From assembly GCA_964609855.1 (NCBI GenBank), contig CAZSTB010000002.1:15541-79540 (forward strand): a stretch of DNA of 64,000 bases, given 5' to 3'. Origin of the DNA: an uncultured Bdellovibrionales bacterium. GTDB lineage: Bacteria; Patescibacteriota; Minisyncoccia; Moranbacterales; GWC2-37-73. Shown piece by piece: positions 18,823-28,560 of the stretch (position 1 is the first letter of the stretch; each line of letters opens with the position of its first letter). The notes beneath the pieces are model-generated. The model had not been told where the DNA came from and did not search any database. It was given only the letters and a program-made list of their open reading frames with translations. The translations under genes and the position numbers were made by a program.

Positions 18823-20076
18823 TTACACTATCGGGTATATCGGATATTTCTTGCAGAATTTCACAACCTCTTTTCTGATTTCAGCAAGCATTTTTTCATC
18901 AGCGTGCGCCAGAATGATTTCGTCAATCCAACCTGCAATCATTTTCACTTCAGCCTCTTTCATTCCCCTGCTTGTAATTGCTTGGACTCCAACTCTGATT
19001 CCGCTTGGATCCATTGGAGAGCGAGGGTCATCAGGAATCATATTCTTATTAACTGTAATTCCAGCTTCGTCTAGGGCATGCTCCGCTTCTTTTCCAGTCA
19101 CTCCTTTGCTTCCCATCACATCAATCAGCACCATGTGGTAGTCAGTTCCGCCGAACATTATTTTATAACCCCTCTTGTTCAATTCTTTTTCCAGCACTTT
19201 GGCATTTTTCACAACTTGTTTCGCGTAAGTTTTGAAAGCCGGTTTCAGCGCTTCTGCAAAAGCCACGGCCTTGGCTGCGATATTGTTCATGTGCGGTCCT
19301 CCTTGGAAACCAGGAAAGGCAGATTTATCAATCGCCTTGGCAAACTCAGTCTTACACATGATCATGCCTCCGCGCGGACCGCGCAAAGTTTTGTGCGTTG
19401 TGGTTGTGACGATATCAAAAAATGGAACCGGATTTTCAATTGCCTTTCCAGCAATGAGTCCTGCGATATGCGCAATGTCAAACATGGAGATAGCTCCCAC
19501 CTTTTTTGCGATGTCAGTAAATTTCTTGTAATCAATTTTCCTGGTATAAGCAGAAAATCCAGCAAGAAGAAGCTTGGGTTTGTGCTTCAATGCTAATTTC
19601 TCAAGTTCAACGTAATCAATCTCTCCATTAACTGCCGATTTGTATCCGATGAAATTATAGATCTGCGCAGAGAGTGTGAGAGGATGACCATGCGTCAAAT
19701 GTCCGCCATGAGAAAGATCCATTCCTAGGACCGTGTCTCCTGGTTTCAAAACTGCATTGTATGCAATCATGTTGGCTGGCGCTCCAGAATGAGGTTGGAC
19801 ATTCACATGATCGGCTCCGAATATTTTTTTAGCTCTCTCAATCGCCAAATTTTCAAGAGGATCAGTGAACATCTGCCCGCCGTAGTATCTTTTTCCGGGA
19901 TAGCCTTCGCTATATTTGTTAGTAAAAACACTGCCAAGCGCTTCAAGCACAGCCTTGGAAACATAGTTTTCACTGGCAATAAGCTCCATCCCCTCTTGCT
20001 GACGCTTTTCCTCTCCTGAAATAAGATCGTAAACTTTAGAGTCTTGTTTTCTTAGATTTTTCATGAAAATATTCAT
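18823..20076 (-). CDS. glyA: serine hydroxymethyltransferase
   Basis: LIASENYVSKAVLEALGS…NKYSEGYPGKRYYGG is diagnostic. Confidence 0.95.
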   Translation of the reverse strand: MNIFMKNLRKQDSKVYDLISGEEKRQQEGMELIASENYVSKAVLEALGSVFTNKYSEGYPGKRYYGGQMFTDPLENLAIERAKKIFGADHVNVQPHSGAPANMIAYNAVLKPGDTVLGMDLSHGGHLTHGHPLTLSAQIYNFIGYKSAVNGEIDYVELEKLALKHKPKLLLAGFSAYTRKIDYKKFTDIAKKVGAISMFDIAHIAGLIAGKAIENPVPFFDIVTTTTHKTLRGPRGGMIMCKTEFAKAIDKSAFPGFQGGPHMNNIAAKAVAFAEALKPAFKTYAKQVVKNAKVLEKELNKRGYKIMFGGTDYHMVLIDVMGSKGVTGKEAEHALDEAGITVNKNMIPDDPRSPMDPSGIRVGVQAITSRGMKEAEVKMIAGWIDEIILAHADEKMLAEIRKEVVKFCKKYPIYPIV

Positions 20077-20089
20077 TATATGAAATTAA

Positions 20090-20398
20090 CTAAAATGTCC
20101 AACCGTTCATTGTTGCCATAATAAATAAAAAAGCCACAATTGAAATCACAACATCAAAAGCATCTAGAATGGTCTTATTGTATAATTCTTTTAAAAAAAT
20201 TAATATATACAAAATCGCAGCTAAAATTCCAGGTATCCATAGCAACGCAGCAAGAAGTTTGATATCTGGACAACGACTACTACCTATTAAAAAATCTGAA
20301 TAGCAACTGAATTTTTTCGAAATTAAAAGAAGAGAAATTTCAAGAATTATAAATACACCAAGAAACTTCAAATGTGAATTTGTTTTATAATTTATCAT
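20090..20398 (-). CDS. small membrane protein (possible)
   Basis: ORF in the gap between glyA and rmlD with 3 hydrophobic segments. Confidence 0.3.
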   Translation of the reverse strand: MINYKTNSHLKFLGVFIILEISLLLISKKFSCYSDFLIGSSRCPDIKLLAALLWIPGILAAILYILIFLKELYNKTILDAFDVVISIVAFLFIMATMNGWTF

Positions 20399-20404
20399 TT
20401 TTGT

Positions 20405-21331
20405 TTATTTTTTCAAATATTCCCGGAGTGCCAGCTTATAACTTCGCAGCGGATTTAATTTTGTGTTGATCAAGCTTGAAACGTAAGGTCGGGCTGCTGG
20501 ACGCGGAAATTCATCGCCAGAAACAGGAATCACTTTCGTCTTAAGCTTGGCCATCTTATACAATTCTACAACTGCTTCATACCAGGTGCAAGCATCAGCA
20601 TTTGAAACATGGAAAATTCCAAAAGGTTTTCCTGCCTCAACAATTTCCTTGGTTTTTTTAGCTAAATCAGGCGCATAAGTGAAACAGCTAGTTTCTTCAT
20701 CAACAGCTTTTACTTCGGCATTTTTCTTGCCAACCTCAAGCATTACATCAAAAAAACTCTTCTTGGCGGTTTTAGATTTTGCAGGTTTACCAAAAAGCTT
20801 AGAAAGACGAATTATGTAATATTTTTCTCCATTTTTCTGAACAGCCTCCTCGCCCATTAATTTTGTTTTTCCATAGTTTTGCACGGGTTCAGGAACAGCA
20901 TTTTCATCAAATCCGATCTGTGGCACAAACCCTTCATGCAGTGAGCATGACGAACATGATCCGGCACATCCTGTTGGCTCTGGGATTTCGGGCATTCCTG
21001 AAAAAACATAGTCGGTTGAATAATGAACAAATGTAGCATCAAGCTTTTTTGCTATTTTTGCCAAATATCCAGGAGCTTTTCCATTCAGCAATTTCGCTTT
21101 AGCAAATTCAGCTTTGTCCTTTTCGCAAAGATCCACCGCATTATATCCTGTAGAATTTATGATAATTTCGGGATTCAATTTTGTTATTTTCTCTTTCAAT
21201 TGAGCTTCATCTGTGACATCGATATTTTTTCGATCCCAAGCGGTAACCCTGTAATCCTTGTCATTTTTAAATATCTCAACTAATTCTTGTCCAAGCATGC
21301 CATGGGAACCTATAATCAATATTTTTTTCAT
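20405..21331 (-). CDS. rmlD: dTDP-4-dehydrorhamnose reductase with an internal Cys-rich insertion
   Basis: MKKILIIGSHGMLGQEL…NSTGYNAVD…YSTDYVF…YGKTKLMGE is the RmlD core. About 25 aa (PEIPEPTGCAGSCSSCSLHEGFVPQIGFDENAV) are inserted before the YGKTK motif. Confidence 0.8.
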   Translation of the reverse strand: MKKILIIGSHGMLGQELVEIFKNDKDYRVTAWDRKNIDVTDEAQLKEKITKLNPEIIINSTGYNAVDLCEKDKAEFAKAKLLNGKAPGYLAKIAKKLDATFVHYSTDYVFSGMPEIPEPTGCAGSCSSCSLHEGFVPQIGFDENAVPEPVQNYGKTKLMGEEAVQKNGEKYYIIRLSKLFGKPAKSKTAKKSFFDVMLEVGKKNAEVKAVDEETSCFTYAPDLAKKTKEIVEAGKPFGIFHVSNADACTWYEAVVELYKMAKLKTKVIPVSGDEFPRPAARPYVSSLINTKLNPLRSYKLALREYLKK

Positions 21332-21533
21332 ATATAAAGTCCAATTAATTTTTAATTCTTAATTTTAAATTTTGAATCAATTTCTAATTTCTTAATGATT
21401 AAATATTTCAAACATTCAGGCATTATAATTTCATTCGAAATTTTAAATTCAAACTTATAATTTTCCTTTTAAGTCTGATAATTATCGCAGATATTGGCAA
21501 TTTTGTCCAATTGGCCACAGCATTTAGGGAAAA

Positions 21534-22238
21534 TTATATCTCCAGCATTTTTTCCAAATATGCCTTAACTTCTAATTGCCGCGCAAATGAATTTTCTAAT
21601 TCAAGACTAATATATTCTGGCAAATATTTTTTATATTGCCTCATATAGTCAAGCTCCTCCATGCTTTCAAGCAAATGACTGTCATATTGAAGACCATGTG
21701 GGCAAATCTTATCAATAAAGGCTTTTTCCTTTATTGGTGAAACATGACAACATCCGACTGGAAATTTTTTGAGTCGGAAAATTATGGTTTCATCATAGTC
21801 TTTACTTTGAAGCCTAGAATTATTTTCCCAATGACTGAAATCAAGACAAAAACCCGCATATTCCCCCAGTTCTTTTTCAGTTGGAATCATAATTAAGTTC
21901 TCCACATAAGTCTTCTGGGCATATTCAAGGAATTCTTCTGAAAAATCAAAGCGTGTTCCCATTGGATGGATATTAAAAACAACTGACCTGAACTTTTTTT
22001 CAAAATAATCAATTTCATCCATGGTCATATCGTTTCTCAAATGCACATGTGGAATTTCCAAACCTTCAATTTCTTCAAGCAATCTGTAAAGTTCTTTGCG
22101 ATCTTCAATTCCTAAGAACGTCGGGAAAAGTGCAATCCTTTTGATTCCGAATTTTTTCATTTCTTCCACTTTTCCCCGCCAATTGGAAGCCGGGGTGGTA
22201 GTAAGACCCAATAAGATTTCATGTTTTTTATTATCCAT
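21534..22238 (-). CDS. hypothetical protein
   Basis: ORF with no recognisable family. Confidence 0.45.
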   Translation of the reverse strand: MDNKKHEILLGLTTTPASNWRGKVEEMKKFGIKRIALFPTFLGIEDRKELYRLLEEIEGLEIPHVHLRNDMTMDEIDYFEKKFRSVVFNIHPMGTRFDFSEEFLEYAQKTYVENLIMIPTEKELGEYAGFCLDFSHWENNSRLQSKDYDETIIFRLKKFPVGCCHVSPIKEKAFIDKICPHGLQYDSHLLESMEELDYMRQYKKYLPEYISLELENSFARQLEVKAYLEKMLEI

Positions 22239-22240
22239 AT

Positions 22241-22675
22241 CTATTTAAACAAAGAAAATTTTCCAGTTATTTCTTTTAATTCTTCTGTGGTGCCAAATAA
22301 AACAATGCCATAAAAATCCAATTCTTCTGCGGCTAAGTTTGCTGTCGCATTTATTTGCTCTTGCGATGTGCCAAGAGTCATGGTGCTAGTAAAATCAGTG
22401 AATGGAATTTTTCTTAAAATTGCCTGTTCTCTAACCGTTTTTATTTTGTTTGAATTATCAGCACGAAGAACAATGAAAGGAAAATGAGAAATATCAGGAT
22501 GAATGCCATTGCCCTTATCTCTATATTCAAGTAGACACATATCATTCTTGCTTAATTGCCCACCAGCAAGACCCACACTCATGTGCCCAAGAGCATTCAT
22601 CAGTTGTCCAATTGCTATTTTCTTGTTCAAAATAGCAACGAATCTTTTACTGTTTTCATCTGGTAAAATATGCAT
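22241..22675 (-). CDS. DUF2000-like protein
   Basis: KRFVAILNKKIAIGQLMNALGHMSVGLAGG resembles the DUF2000 N-terminal signature. Confidence 0.45.
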   Translation of the reverse strand: MHILPDENSKRFVAILNKKIAIGQLMNALGHMSVGLAGGQLSKNDMCLLEYRDKGNGIHPDISHFPFIVLRADNSNKIKTVREQAILRKIPFTDFTSTMTLGTSQEQINATANLAAEELDFYGIVLFGTTEELKEITGKFSLFK

Positions 22676-22856
22676 CGTTATTACTATTTATTATTTAAAT
22701 CATGGATCCCCTCCGCGCAGGTATAGCAAGTCAGGGATGATAATTTTTTATTTTGAAAATTTAATCATTGGAAATTGAGATTTGAAAATTCTATGTTTAA
22801 TATATATTTTTCATTTTTTGCAAATACTATCATGCTCGATAGTGTGATAGTGTTTA

Positions 22857-23870
22857 CTATTTTTTATACTGTTTTTGGTAGTATTCTTGATACTCCCCGC
22901 TCTTCACTGCTTTCCACCAAGCCTCATTTTCAACAAACCATTGGACGGTTCTTTTGATGCCTTCTTCGAACGTTATCTGAGGCTCCCAGCCTAGCTCATT
23001 CTTGATTTTATCAAAATTGATAGCATAGCGTTTATCATGACCCTTTCGGTCTTCAACATATTCAATCCAACTCTCATCGCGACAAAGAAGCCCTAGAATT
23101 GTTTTTACAATTTCAATACCCGGCTTTTCACCATTTCCTCCCACACAATATGTTTCTCCAATTTTCCCCTTATGAATAATTGTGTCAATTGCCCGACAGT
23201 GATCTTCAACATGAAGCCAATCCCTAATGGCAGACCCGTCTCCATAAACCGGAATCTTCTTTCCTTCCATTAAATTCGTGATAGCTAGCGGAATCAGTTT
23301 TTCCGGAAAATGATATGGTCCATAGTTGTTTGAACAATTTGAAATGGTCACAGGTAGTCCATGAGTGTGGAAGTAGGCCCTCACCAAGTGATCTGAACCG
23401 GCCTTAGAGGCGCTATATGGCGATCTGGGATCATACGGCGTAGTCTCATTGAAAGGCTCGTCTTGAGGCGCTAGAGAACCAAAAACCTCATCTGTAGAGA
23501 CGTGGTGGAAGCGTTTATTTCCTGCCTTCTTGGCCGCTTCGAGCAAGGTGTGCGTTCCCATCACATTTGTGCGCACAAAGGCCGCTGAGTCCAAAATAGA
23601 GCGGTCTACGTGCGATTCAGCGGCAAAATGAACGACCACGTCAGATTCTGCCACCAATCCATCCACCAACTGGGCATCGCAAATATCCCCTTTCACAAAT
23701 TTGTGTCGAGGATTGCTTTCCAATTCCTTCAAATTCTCAAGATTTCCCGCATAAGTCAGCGCATCCAAATTGATGACCTCATAATTAGGATAAGTTTTCA
23801 AAATGTGATGAACAAAATTGCTGCCGATAAATCCAGCTCCACCGGTTATTAATAGCTTCATAATTTTCAA
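22857..23870 (-). CDS. rmlB: dTDP-glucose 4,6-dehydratase
   Basis: MKLLITGGAGFIGSNFVHH…YxxxK are the SDR motifs, and the length fits. Confidence 0.9.
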   Translation of the reverse strand: MKIMKLLITGGAGFIGSNFVHHILKTYPNYEVINLDALTYAGNLENLKELESNPRHKFVKGDICDAQLVDGLVAESDVVVHFAAESHVDRSILDSAAFVRTNVMGTHTLLEAAKKAGNKRFHHVSTDEVFGSLAPQDEPFNETTPYDPRSPYSASKAGSDHLVRAYFHTHGLPVTISNCSNNYGPYHFPEKLIPLAITNLMEGKKIPVYGDGSAIRDWLHVEDHCRAIDTIIHKGKIGETYCVGGNGEKPGIEIVKTILGLLCRDESWIEYVEDRKGHDKRYAINFDKIKNELGWEPQITFEEGIKRTVQWFVENEAWWKAVKSGEYQEYYQKQYKK

Positions 23871-23915
23871 TTTTCAATGTTCAATTTTCAATGAATTTTC
23901 AATGTTCAATTAATA
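23868..23915. repeat. short imperfect tandem repeat of TTTTCAATG(TTCAA), followed (23930-23975) by inverted ATTGA/ATTGAAAA copies
   Basis: Seen directly in the rmlC-rmlB intergenic region. Confidence 0.5.
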
Positions 23916-23981
23916 AATGTTTGAAAATTTAAAATTGCTCATTGATTGTAAATTGTGAATTGATAATTGAAAATTTTTAAT

Positions 23982-24530
23982 TTAAAATGGTGACTTAAAA
24001 TCTCTAAATAATTGCGCTTTCGCATCTTTTTCTGAAAGAATCGGGTTTTCAACTGGCCAATTTATGTTAAGCGTCTGGTCGTTCCAGCTGATAGCATCTT
24101 CAGTCTCCGGCGCATAATAATTGTCGCATTTGTATTGAAATTCCGTGTTATCTTCAAGAGTTACAAATCCATGAGCGAATCCTCTTGGCACAAATAACAT
24201 CTGAAAATTTTCACTAGATAATGTAAAGCCTTCCCATTTTCCATATGTAGGAGAATCTTTACGAATATCAACAATTACATCAAATACCGAACCCTTTGTC
24301 ACACGCACGAGTTTTGCCTGCGTGAATGGAGCTTTTTGAAAATGCAATCCCCGTAGCACACCTTTCTTGGTAGACATGGAATGATTATCCTGCACCCACT
24401 CCTGACAAATTATACCACCATCTGCTAATTTCTTTTTAGAATAAGTCTCCGTAAAGAAGCCTCTTTCATCTCGAAAAACTTTAGGGGTCAGCAAATATGC
24501 ACCCAATAGTCCTGTTTCTTTTATTTCCAT
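23982..24530 (-). CDS. rmlC: dTDP-4-dehydrorhamnose 3,5-epimerase
   Basis: RGFFTETYSKKK…RGLHFQ…FVPRGFAHGF cupin motifs are present. Confidence 0.9.
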   Translation of the reverse strand: MEIKETGLLGAYLLTPKVFRDERGFFTETYSKKKLADGGIICQEWVQDNHSMSTKKGVLRGLHFQKAPFTQAKLVRVTKGSVFDVIVDIRKDSPTYGKWEGFTLSSENFQMLFVPRGFAHGFVTLEDNTEFQYKCDNYYAPETEDAISWNDQTLNINWPVENPILSEKDAKAQLFRDFKSPF

Positions 24531-24576
24531 AATGAAGTTCTATTAAAATTCTAAGCTATTTCATGATAACTCATTT

Positions 24577-24616
24577 TAAAAAAAAGAAAAAGGGATAGAC
24601 ATCAGCGTCTATCCCT
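24577..24616 (-). terminator. rho-independent terminator (GGGATAGACG-loop-TCTATCCC + T-run on minus strand)
   Basis: Seen directly. Confidence 0.6.
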
Positions 24617-24642
24617 TGAGCTGCGCCGAGTTTCAGCGCTAG

Positions 24643-24819
24643 CTATTCATCATTGTTCCAACCCTCGCTATGATATCGCTGCCGCACAAAGAGTGACATC
24701 ATATCATCTTGTGGCTGGTGCCTTTGTGAAATGTCCGCTGGTGATTCGGACTTGATTACATCGAGAATCAAAATGATGAGCACTAGCAGATAATAGATAA
24801 GATCGCTTTTCTCAATCAT
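24643..24819 (-). CDS. unannotated small membrane protein (58 aa; MIEKSDLIYYLLVLIILILDVIKSESPADISQRHQ…)
   Basis: Found by hand. A GGAGG Shine-Dalgarno lies 7 nt before the ATG, there is one TM helix, and a perfect hairpin+T-run terminator follows at 24577-24616. It is below the 60-aa cutoff of the ORF track. Confidence 0.45.
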   Translation of the reverse strand: MIEKSDLIYYLLVLIILILDVIKSESPADISQRHQPQDDMMSLFVRQRYHSEGWNNDE

Positions 24820-24930
24820 GGAAACCTCCTGGAATCATTTCAAAAGACAACAAAATTGTTAGCTGCGCCCGCTACGCAAAAAACATTTATATTATAGAAG
24901 AATTTCAAGCAACCGCCAAGTCTCCACCGA

Positions 24931-26310
24931 TTACTTGTTTAAGAAATCGCTCATAACCAAATCCTGATTCAAAAGCGTTGAAAAATCGTTTCGGCTACCA
25001 TCAGCATTTATTACATGCACAGCAATCGGCACATCATTTAAACCTGCTTGTTTTTGGATCTTAAAGTCGTATTCGGAATTTTTAATATTTCTAGGTAAAG
25101 TGTAATTTATTTCAACAGTCTTACTGGAATTTATTGGAACTTTCACGATTGAACTGAAAGACTTTTTACCAAATTCGTTTGCAAACTTTGCGCCGTCAAA
25201 ATTCTTGGAATCCTTAAGCCAACTTCCCTCTGGCACGTAGACGCGAAGATAGGTCAGATAATCTCTGGTCATCCAATCTTTTTGGCGCGCCGTGTGATTG
25301 TAGGTTATTTTTAAATTAGCAGTCGGAATTTCTTTGGAATAATCAGCATTGTATTCAATTGAACGGTTAACGTAATAGTCGCTTTTAAAAGCTCCGAGAT
25401 TTGCATCCACAGTCATTAGGTAATCATTACTCCACTGGCTATCAACTTGTCCTGCCCACCCGGATTTTTGAACAATATTTTGCAAATATTCATCATTGAA
25501 ATATAGTTGAATATCTTTTTTATTCAAATCTTGTAAAGTTATTTCTGCTAATTTTATTTTTTCAGACGAGGAAAGCGCAAAAATTCTTTCCTGAATTACT
25601 CTCGCCAAATCAGCCATAATGGATTTTCTTTCCCCTCTGTCTATACCCTGATCTTCGAAAGCTTTTTCAACTTGATATTCCAAGGCAATAACCGCATTTT
25701 CACTGTCGTAAGTTCCGGGATATCCTTCAACTGTGACCGGTCCGGTAATTTCCAGCATTGAAGAAAGCACGTTTGTAGTTACCCCGATTACACCGTCAAA
25801 GCGCTCTTGACCATCGCCCATGTAATAAAATTCTTCAGCTTTTTTTGCATTTACCGCGAAATCAGGAGAAAAGTTTGAATCTCTTAATTTCCAGGATTTT
25901 ATTCCCAAGGTTTCTTTCATGGGGTATGGTGGAGTAACTGTGTCAGGAATTCTGGCATCAAAATTTGAAAGATCATGCGTCTGCGAAAGTGTGATTTTTC
26001 CGTCTTTCATTTTCACGATACCAAAAGCCCCGATAAATCCGCCGCCGGGACGAATTTCCATATTGTTTTGAAAAAGCACTAAAAAGGTTCTTTCAACTCC
26101 ATCTTCTTTCATGAAATAATCAGCCAATGTAGCGACTGCTCCGAATTCTTTTTTCTGCTGCTCATTAAATGGCAAAAAATTTACCGCATTACTTACAGCA
26201 TTTCCAATTCCGACTTTTTTCGTCTCCAAAAATAAATACCAACCGGTCAAAAGAATTGCGGAAACAGTCCAAAATGTAATCCAGAATTTTATAGAATATT
26301 TTTTAGCCAT
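24931..26310 (-). CDS. DUF4012-domain membrane-anchored protein
   Basis: N-terminal TM helix, then the hallmark EIRPGGGFIGAFG motif. Confidence 0.7.
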   Translation of the reverse strand: MAKKYSIKFWITFWTVSAILLTGWYLFLETKKVGIGNAVSNAVNFLPFNEQQKKEFGAVATLADYFMKEDGVERTFLVLFQNNMEIRPGGGFIGAFGIVKMKDGKITLSQTHDLSNFDARIPDTVTPPYPMKETLGIKSWKLRDSNFSPDFAVNAKKAEEFYYMGDGQERFDGVIGVTTNVLSSMLEITGPVTVEGYPGTYDSENAVIALEYQVEKAFEDQGIDRGERKSIMADLARVIQERIFALSSSEKIKLAEITLQDLNKKDIQLYFNDEYLQNIVQKSGWAGQVDSQWSNDYLMTVDANLGAFKSDYYVNRSIEYNADYSKEIPTANLKITYNHTARQKDWMTRDYLTYLRVYVPEGSWLKDSKNFDGAKFANEFGKKSFSSIVKVPINSSKTVEINYTLPRNIKNSEYDFKIQKQAGLNDVPIAVHVINADGSRNDFSTLLNQDLVMSDFLNK

Positions 26311-26346
26311 ATTTTTGCTTGTCGTCTTTTAAAAAGTTGTTGCGCG

Positions 26347-27387
26347 CTAGTCACCTTTGAGTAATTGATTAAGTCTTCTCTTAAGTTCTTCCGGCGTGGG
26401 TTCCCTATTTTCATCTTCTTCTGTAATCTGCTCTGTCTCCAGCTCTTCTTTCTTGGATTTTTCTTCCGGTGCAGCTTGAAATGCATAAGCATCTTCATCT
26501 TGAATCGGTAGATTTGCGGGAGCCTCGGCGGTGACCCTGTGAGCCTTGGGCATTTCAGGAAAATTAGGATAGGTATATTCTGGCATCTCAAATAATTCCT
26601 CCTTGGGTTTTACTTTTTCATTTTCCTCTCGTTCAAGATGCTGCGATGGTTTTTCTATTTCACTTTCAGAATACAACGCAGCTTTTTCTTCCTGGGAATA
26701 CAAATCCTCCAGACCTTTAATTTTTTTTTCTTTCCTGACTGAAAACAAATTGCCTAAATCAATTTTTGGTTTCTTGGCAAAACTGGAAAAAAGCAACTGA
26801 ATCGATTTATCCAAAAGAAATGCCAAACCAAAACCAAGTATTGCGCTTATAATGAAAAACCAAAACCATCCGGCCATAACAGCTGAAGAATTTGGCCCCT
26901 CAATGATGCGCAAGTCTAAATCATGCTTGATGTCATAGTAATTCGCCATAACCCCAAAAAGTGTTTGGGAGGTTTTTTGCGAAAGAAGTTCAGAATCAAT
27001 TCTATTTTCGGCTTTAACTGAAAGCTCCATAACAGTTCCACCCTCAGTGTCCCTTGTTTCAATACTCAGGAATTTATTCCAGTTGGCTTTTCGCTCGTCT
27101 GGTGATGCTGTCTGCGTAACATCCTTAATTGAGGGATTTTCTGCAAGCAGCCTATCATAAAAATTCAATGTTCCTGCTACATATTCCATATTGGAAATTA
27201 TCGCCTCTTTTTGCGAAACTGCTAATTGGGATTTTGGAATAACAAGAATAGACACCGTTGAATTATAAAGTTTGGTGTTTTCCAAAAATAATAAGAAGAA
27301 AGTTATCGTCAAAACAAAACCAGCTGCTATGATTCGCAGCGGTAAATGCTTAGAAGAGTATTTTTTTTTAAGATCCAAAAAATTCAT
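26347..27387 (-). CDS. bitopic membrane protein with PCP/Wzz-like topology (TM-periplasmic-TM) and an acidic low-complexity C-terminal tail
   Basis: Two TM helices (near the N-terminus and MAGWFWFFIISAILGFGLAFLL) flank a ~150-aa domain. The tail is E/K/P-rich. Confidence 0.4.
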   Translation of the reverse strand: MNFLDLKKKYSSKHLPLRIIAAGFVLTITFFLLFLENTKLYNSTVSILVIPKSQLAVSQKEAIISNMEYVAGTLNFYDRLLAENPSIKDVTQTASPDERKANWNKFLSIETRDTEGGTVMELSVKAENRIDSELLSQKTSQTLFGVMANYYDIKHDLDLRIIEGPNSSAVMAGWFWFFIISAILGFGLAFLLDKSIQLLFSSFAKKPKIDLGNLFSVRKEKKIKGLEDLYSQEEKAALYSESEIEKPSQHLEREENEKVKPKEELFEMPEYTYPNFPEMPKAHRVTAEAPANLPIQDEDAYAFQAAPEEKSKKEELETEQITEEDENREPTPEELKRRLNQLLKGD

Positions 27388-27392
27388 ATTTA

Positions 27393-28523
27393 TTATTTTG
27401 ATTTGATAATTTCAGCGTAGACATTGATAGTTTTTTGAACGATGGAGTCCCAGCTGTACATGTTATAAATTTTTTCTTTTGCCATTTTACCGAATTTGCC
27501 GACCACATCGCTCCTACTTAAAAGATACGCGAGTTTGTCTCGTAAATCAACAACGGATTTGGATTTGAATGAAAATCCATCATCTTCCACAACCTCCATG
27601 TTTTCTTTAATATCGCTAACTAGCGGAGTAAGACCGTAACCCATCGCCTCCAGGAGTGCAATAGACATTCCCTCACTCTCAGAAGGCTGCACGAACAAAT
27701 ATGCATGAGAAAATAATTGCTCAAGCGTTTCACCAGTCTGCATACCGGTGAAAATTATGTTTTCACGGCCCTCACTGATCGTGTGCAGATAGCGAACGTA
27801 ATCTTGCGTATGAAATCCATCGCCAACGATCACTAACTTGAAATTATTAGGAACTTGTGAAGTATCCTCAAGTTGCTTGAATGCCTCAATCAAATAATGA
27901 ACTCCTTTGTGCTTGATAAGACGTCCGACAGAAAGAATATACTTCTTATCCTTGAGGTTCCATTTCGATATCGCATCGATTTGCTGCGAATAACTGATAT
28001 CAGCGCCATTAGGAATAACAGTAACTTGAGAATTATATTTCTCTTTGGCGAGAATTTTTAATGATTCACTCACGGCAATAGTCTCATCCGGCACAGTGCA
28101 AGTAATGAATTCTCCCAAGCGCAATCCAAGCCTAGCAAATGCGCCCCATTTCTGATGGTAATAATCCTGACAATGAAAAGTCGCGATTATCGGAGTCTTC
28201 CAAGTGAACATTTTAGGAATCCAGCTGAGAAGTGAAGGACCGATGCCATGAAAATGAATGATATCGTATCCGCAGAAAAGTGAATGTATTGCTGCAAGAA
28301 AAGTATGTGAAATTGCATCCAGATGTTTCGTTCCGATACTTGGAAGATGAATCAGCTGCACACCCTTGTAAGTTTTAAGTTCCTTTTCCGTATAATTGTT
28401 GCGAACATAGACAAAAACCGAATGACCGCTATTAGCCATGCGAACCGCCACTTCCTCGACATGCTTTTCGATGCCGCCGGCAAGTGCTGGTATTCCTTTT
28501 TGTCCTATGAAAGCAATCTTCAT
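27393..28523 (-). CDS. glycosyltransferase family 4
   Basis: MKIAFIGQKGIPALAGGIEKHV… is the GT4 N-domain, and a C-terminal EX7E-like region is present. Confidence 0.85.
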   Translation of the reverse strand: MKIAFIGQKGIPALAGGIEKHVEEVAVRMANSGHSVFVYVRNNYTEKELKTYKGVQLIHLPSIGTKHLDAISHTFLAAIHSLFCGYDIIHFHGIGPSLLSWIPKMFTWKTPIIATFHCQDYYHQKWGAFARLGLRLGEFITCTVPDETIAVSESLKILAKEKYNSQVTVIPNGADISYSQQIDAISKWNLKDKKYILSVGRLIKHKGVHYLIEAFKQLEDTSQVPNNFKLVIVGDGFHTQDYVRYLHTISEGRENIIFTGMQTGETLEQLFSHAYLFVQPSESEGMSIALLEAMGYGLTPLVSDIKENMEVVEDDGFSFKSKSVVDLRDKLAYLLSRSDVVGKFGKMAKEKIYNMYSWDSIVQKTINVYAEIIKSK

Positions 28524-28560
28524 ATGCCTAGAAACTCAAATTATATCTTAATCGGCTGGT

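Noticed and set aside
23868-23980. Possible CRISPR array from repeated TTTTCAATG units
   Set aside because: The units are only 9-14 nt with no unique spacers, and no cas genes lie nearby. It is a simple tandem repeat.
26289-26591. 100-aa ORF overlapping the 3' end of the DUF4012 gene and the start of the next gene
   Set aside because: It overlaps two better-supported genes in the same orientation and has an Arg/Lys-rich low-complexity translation.
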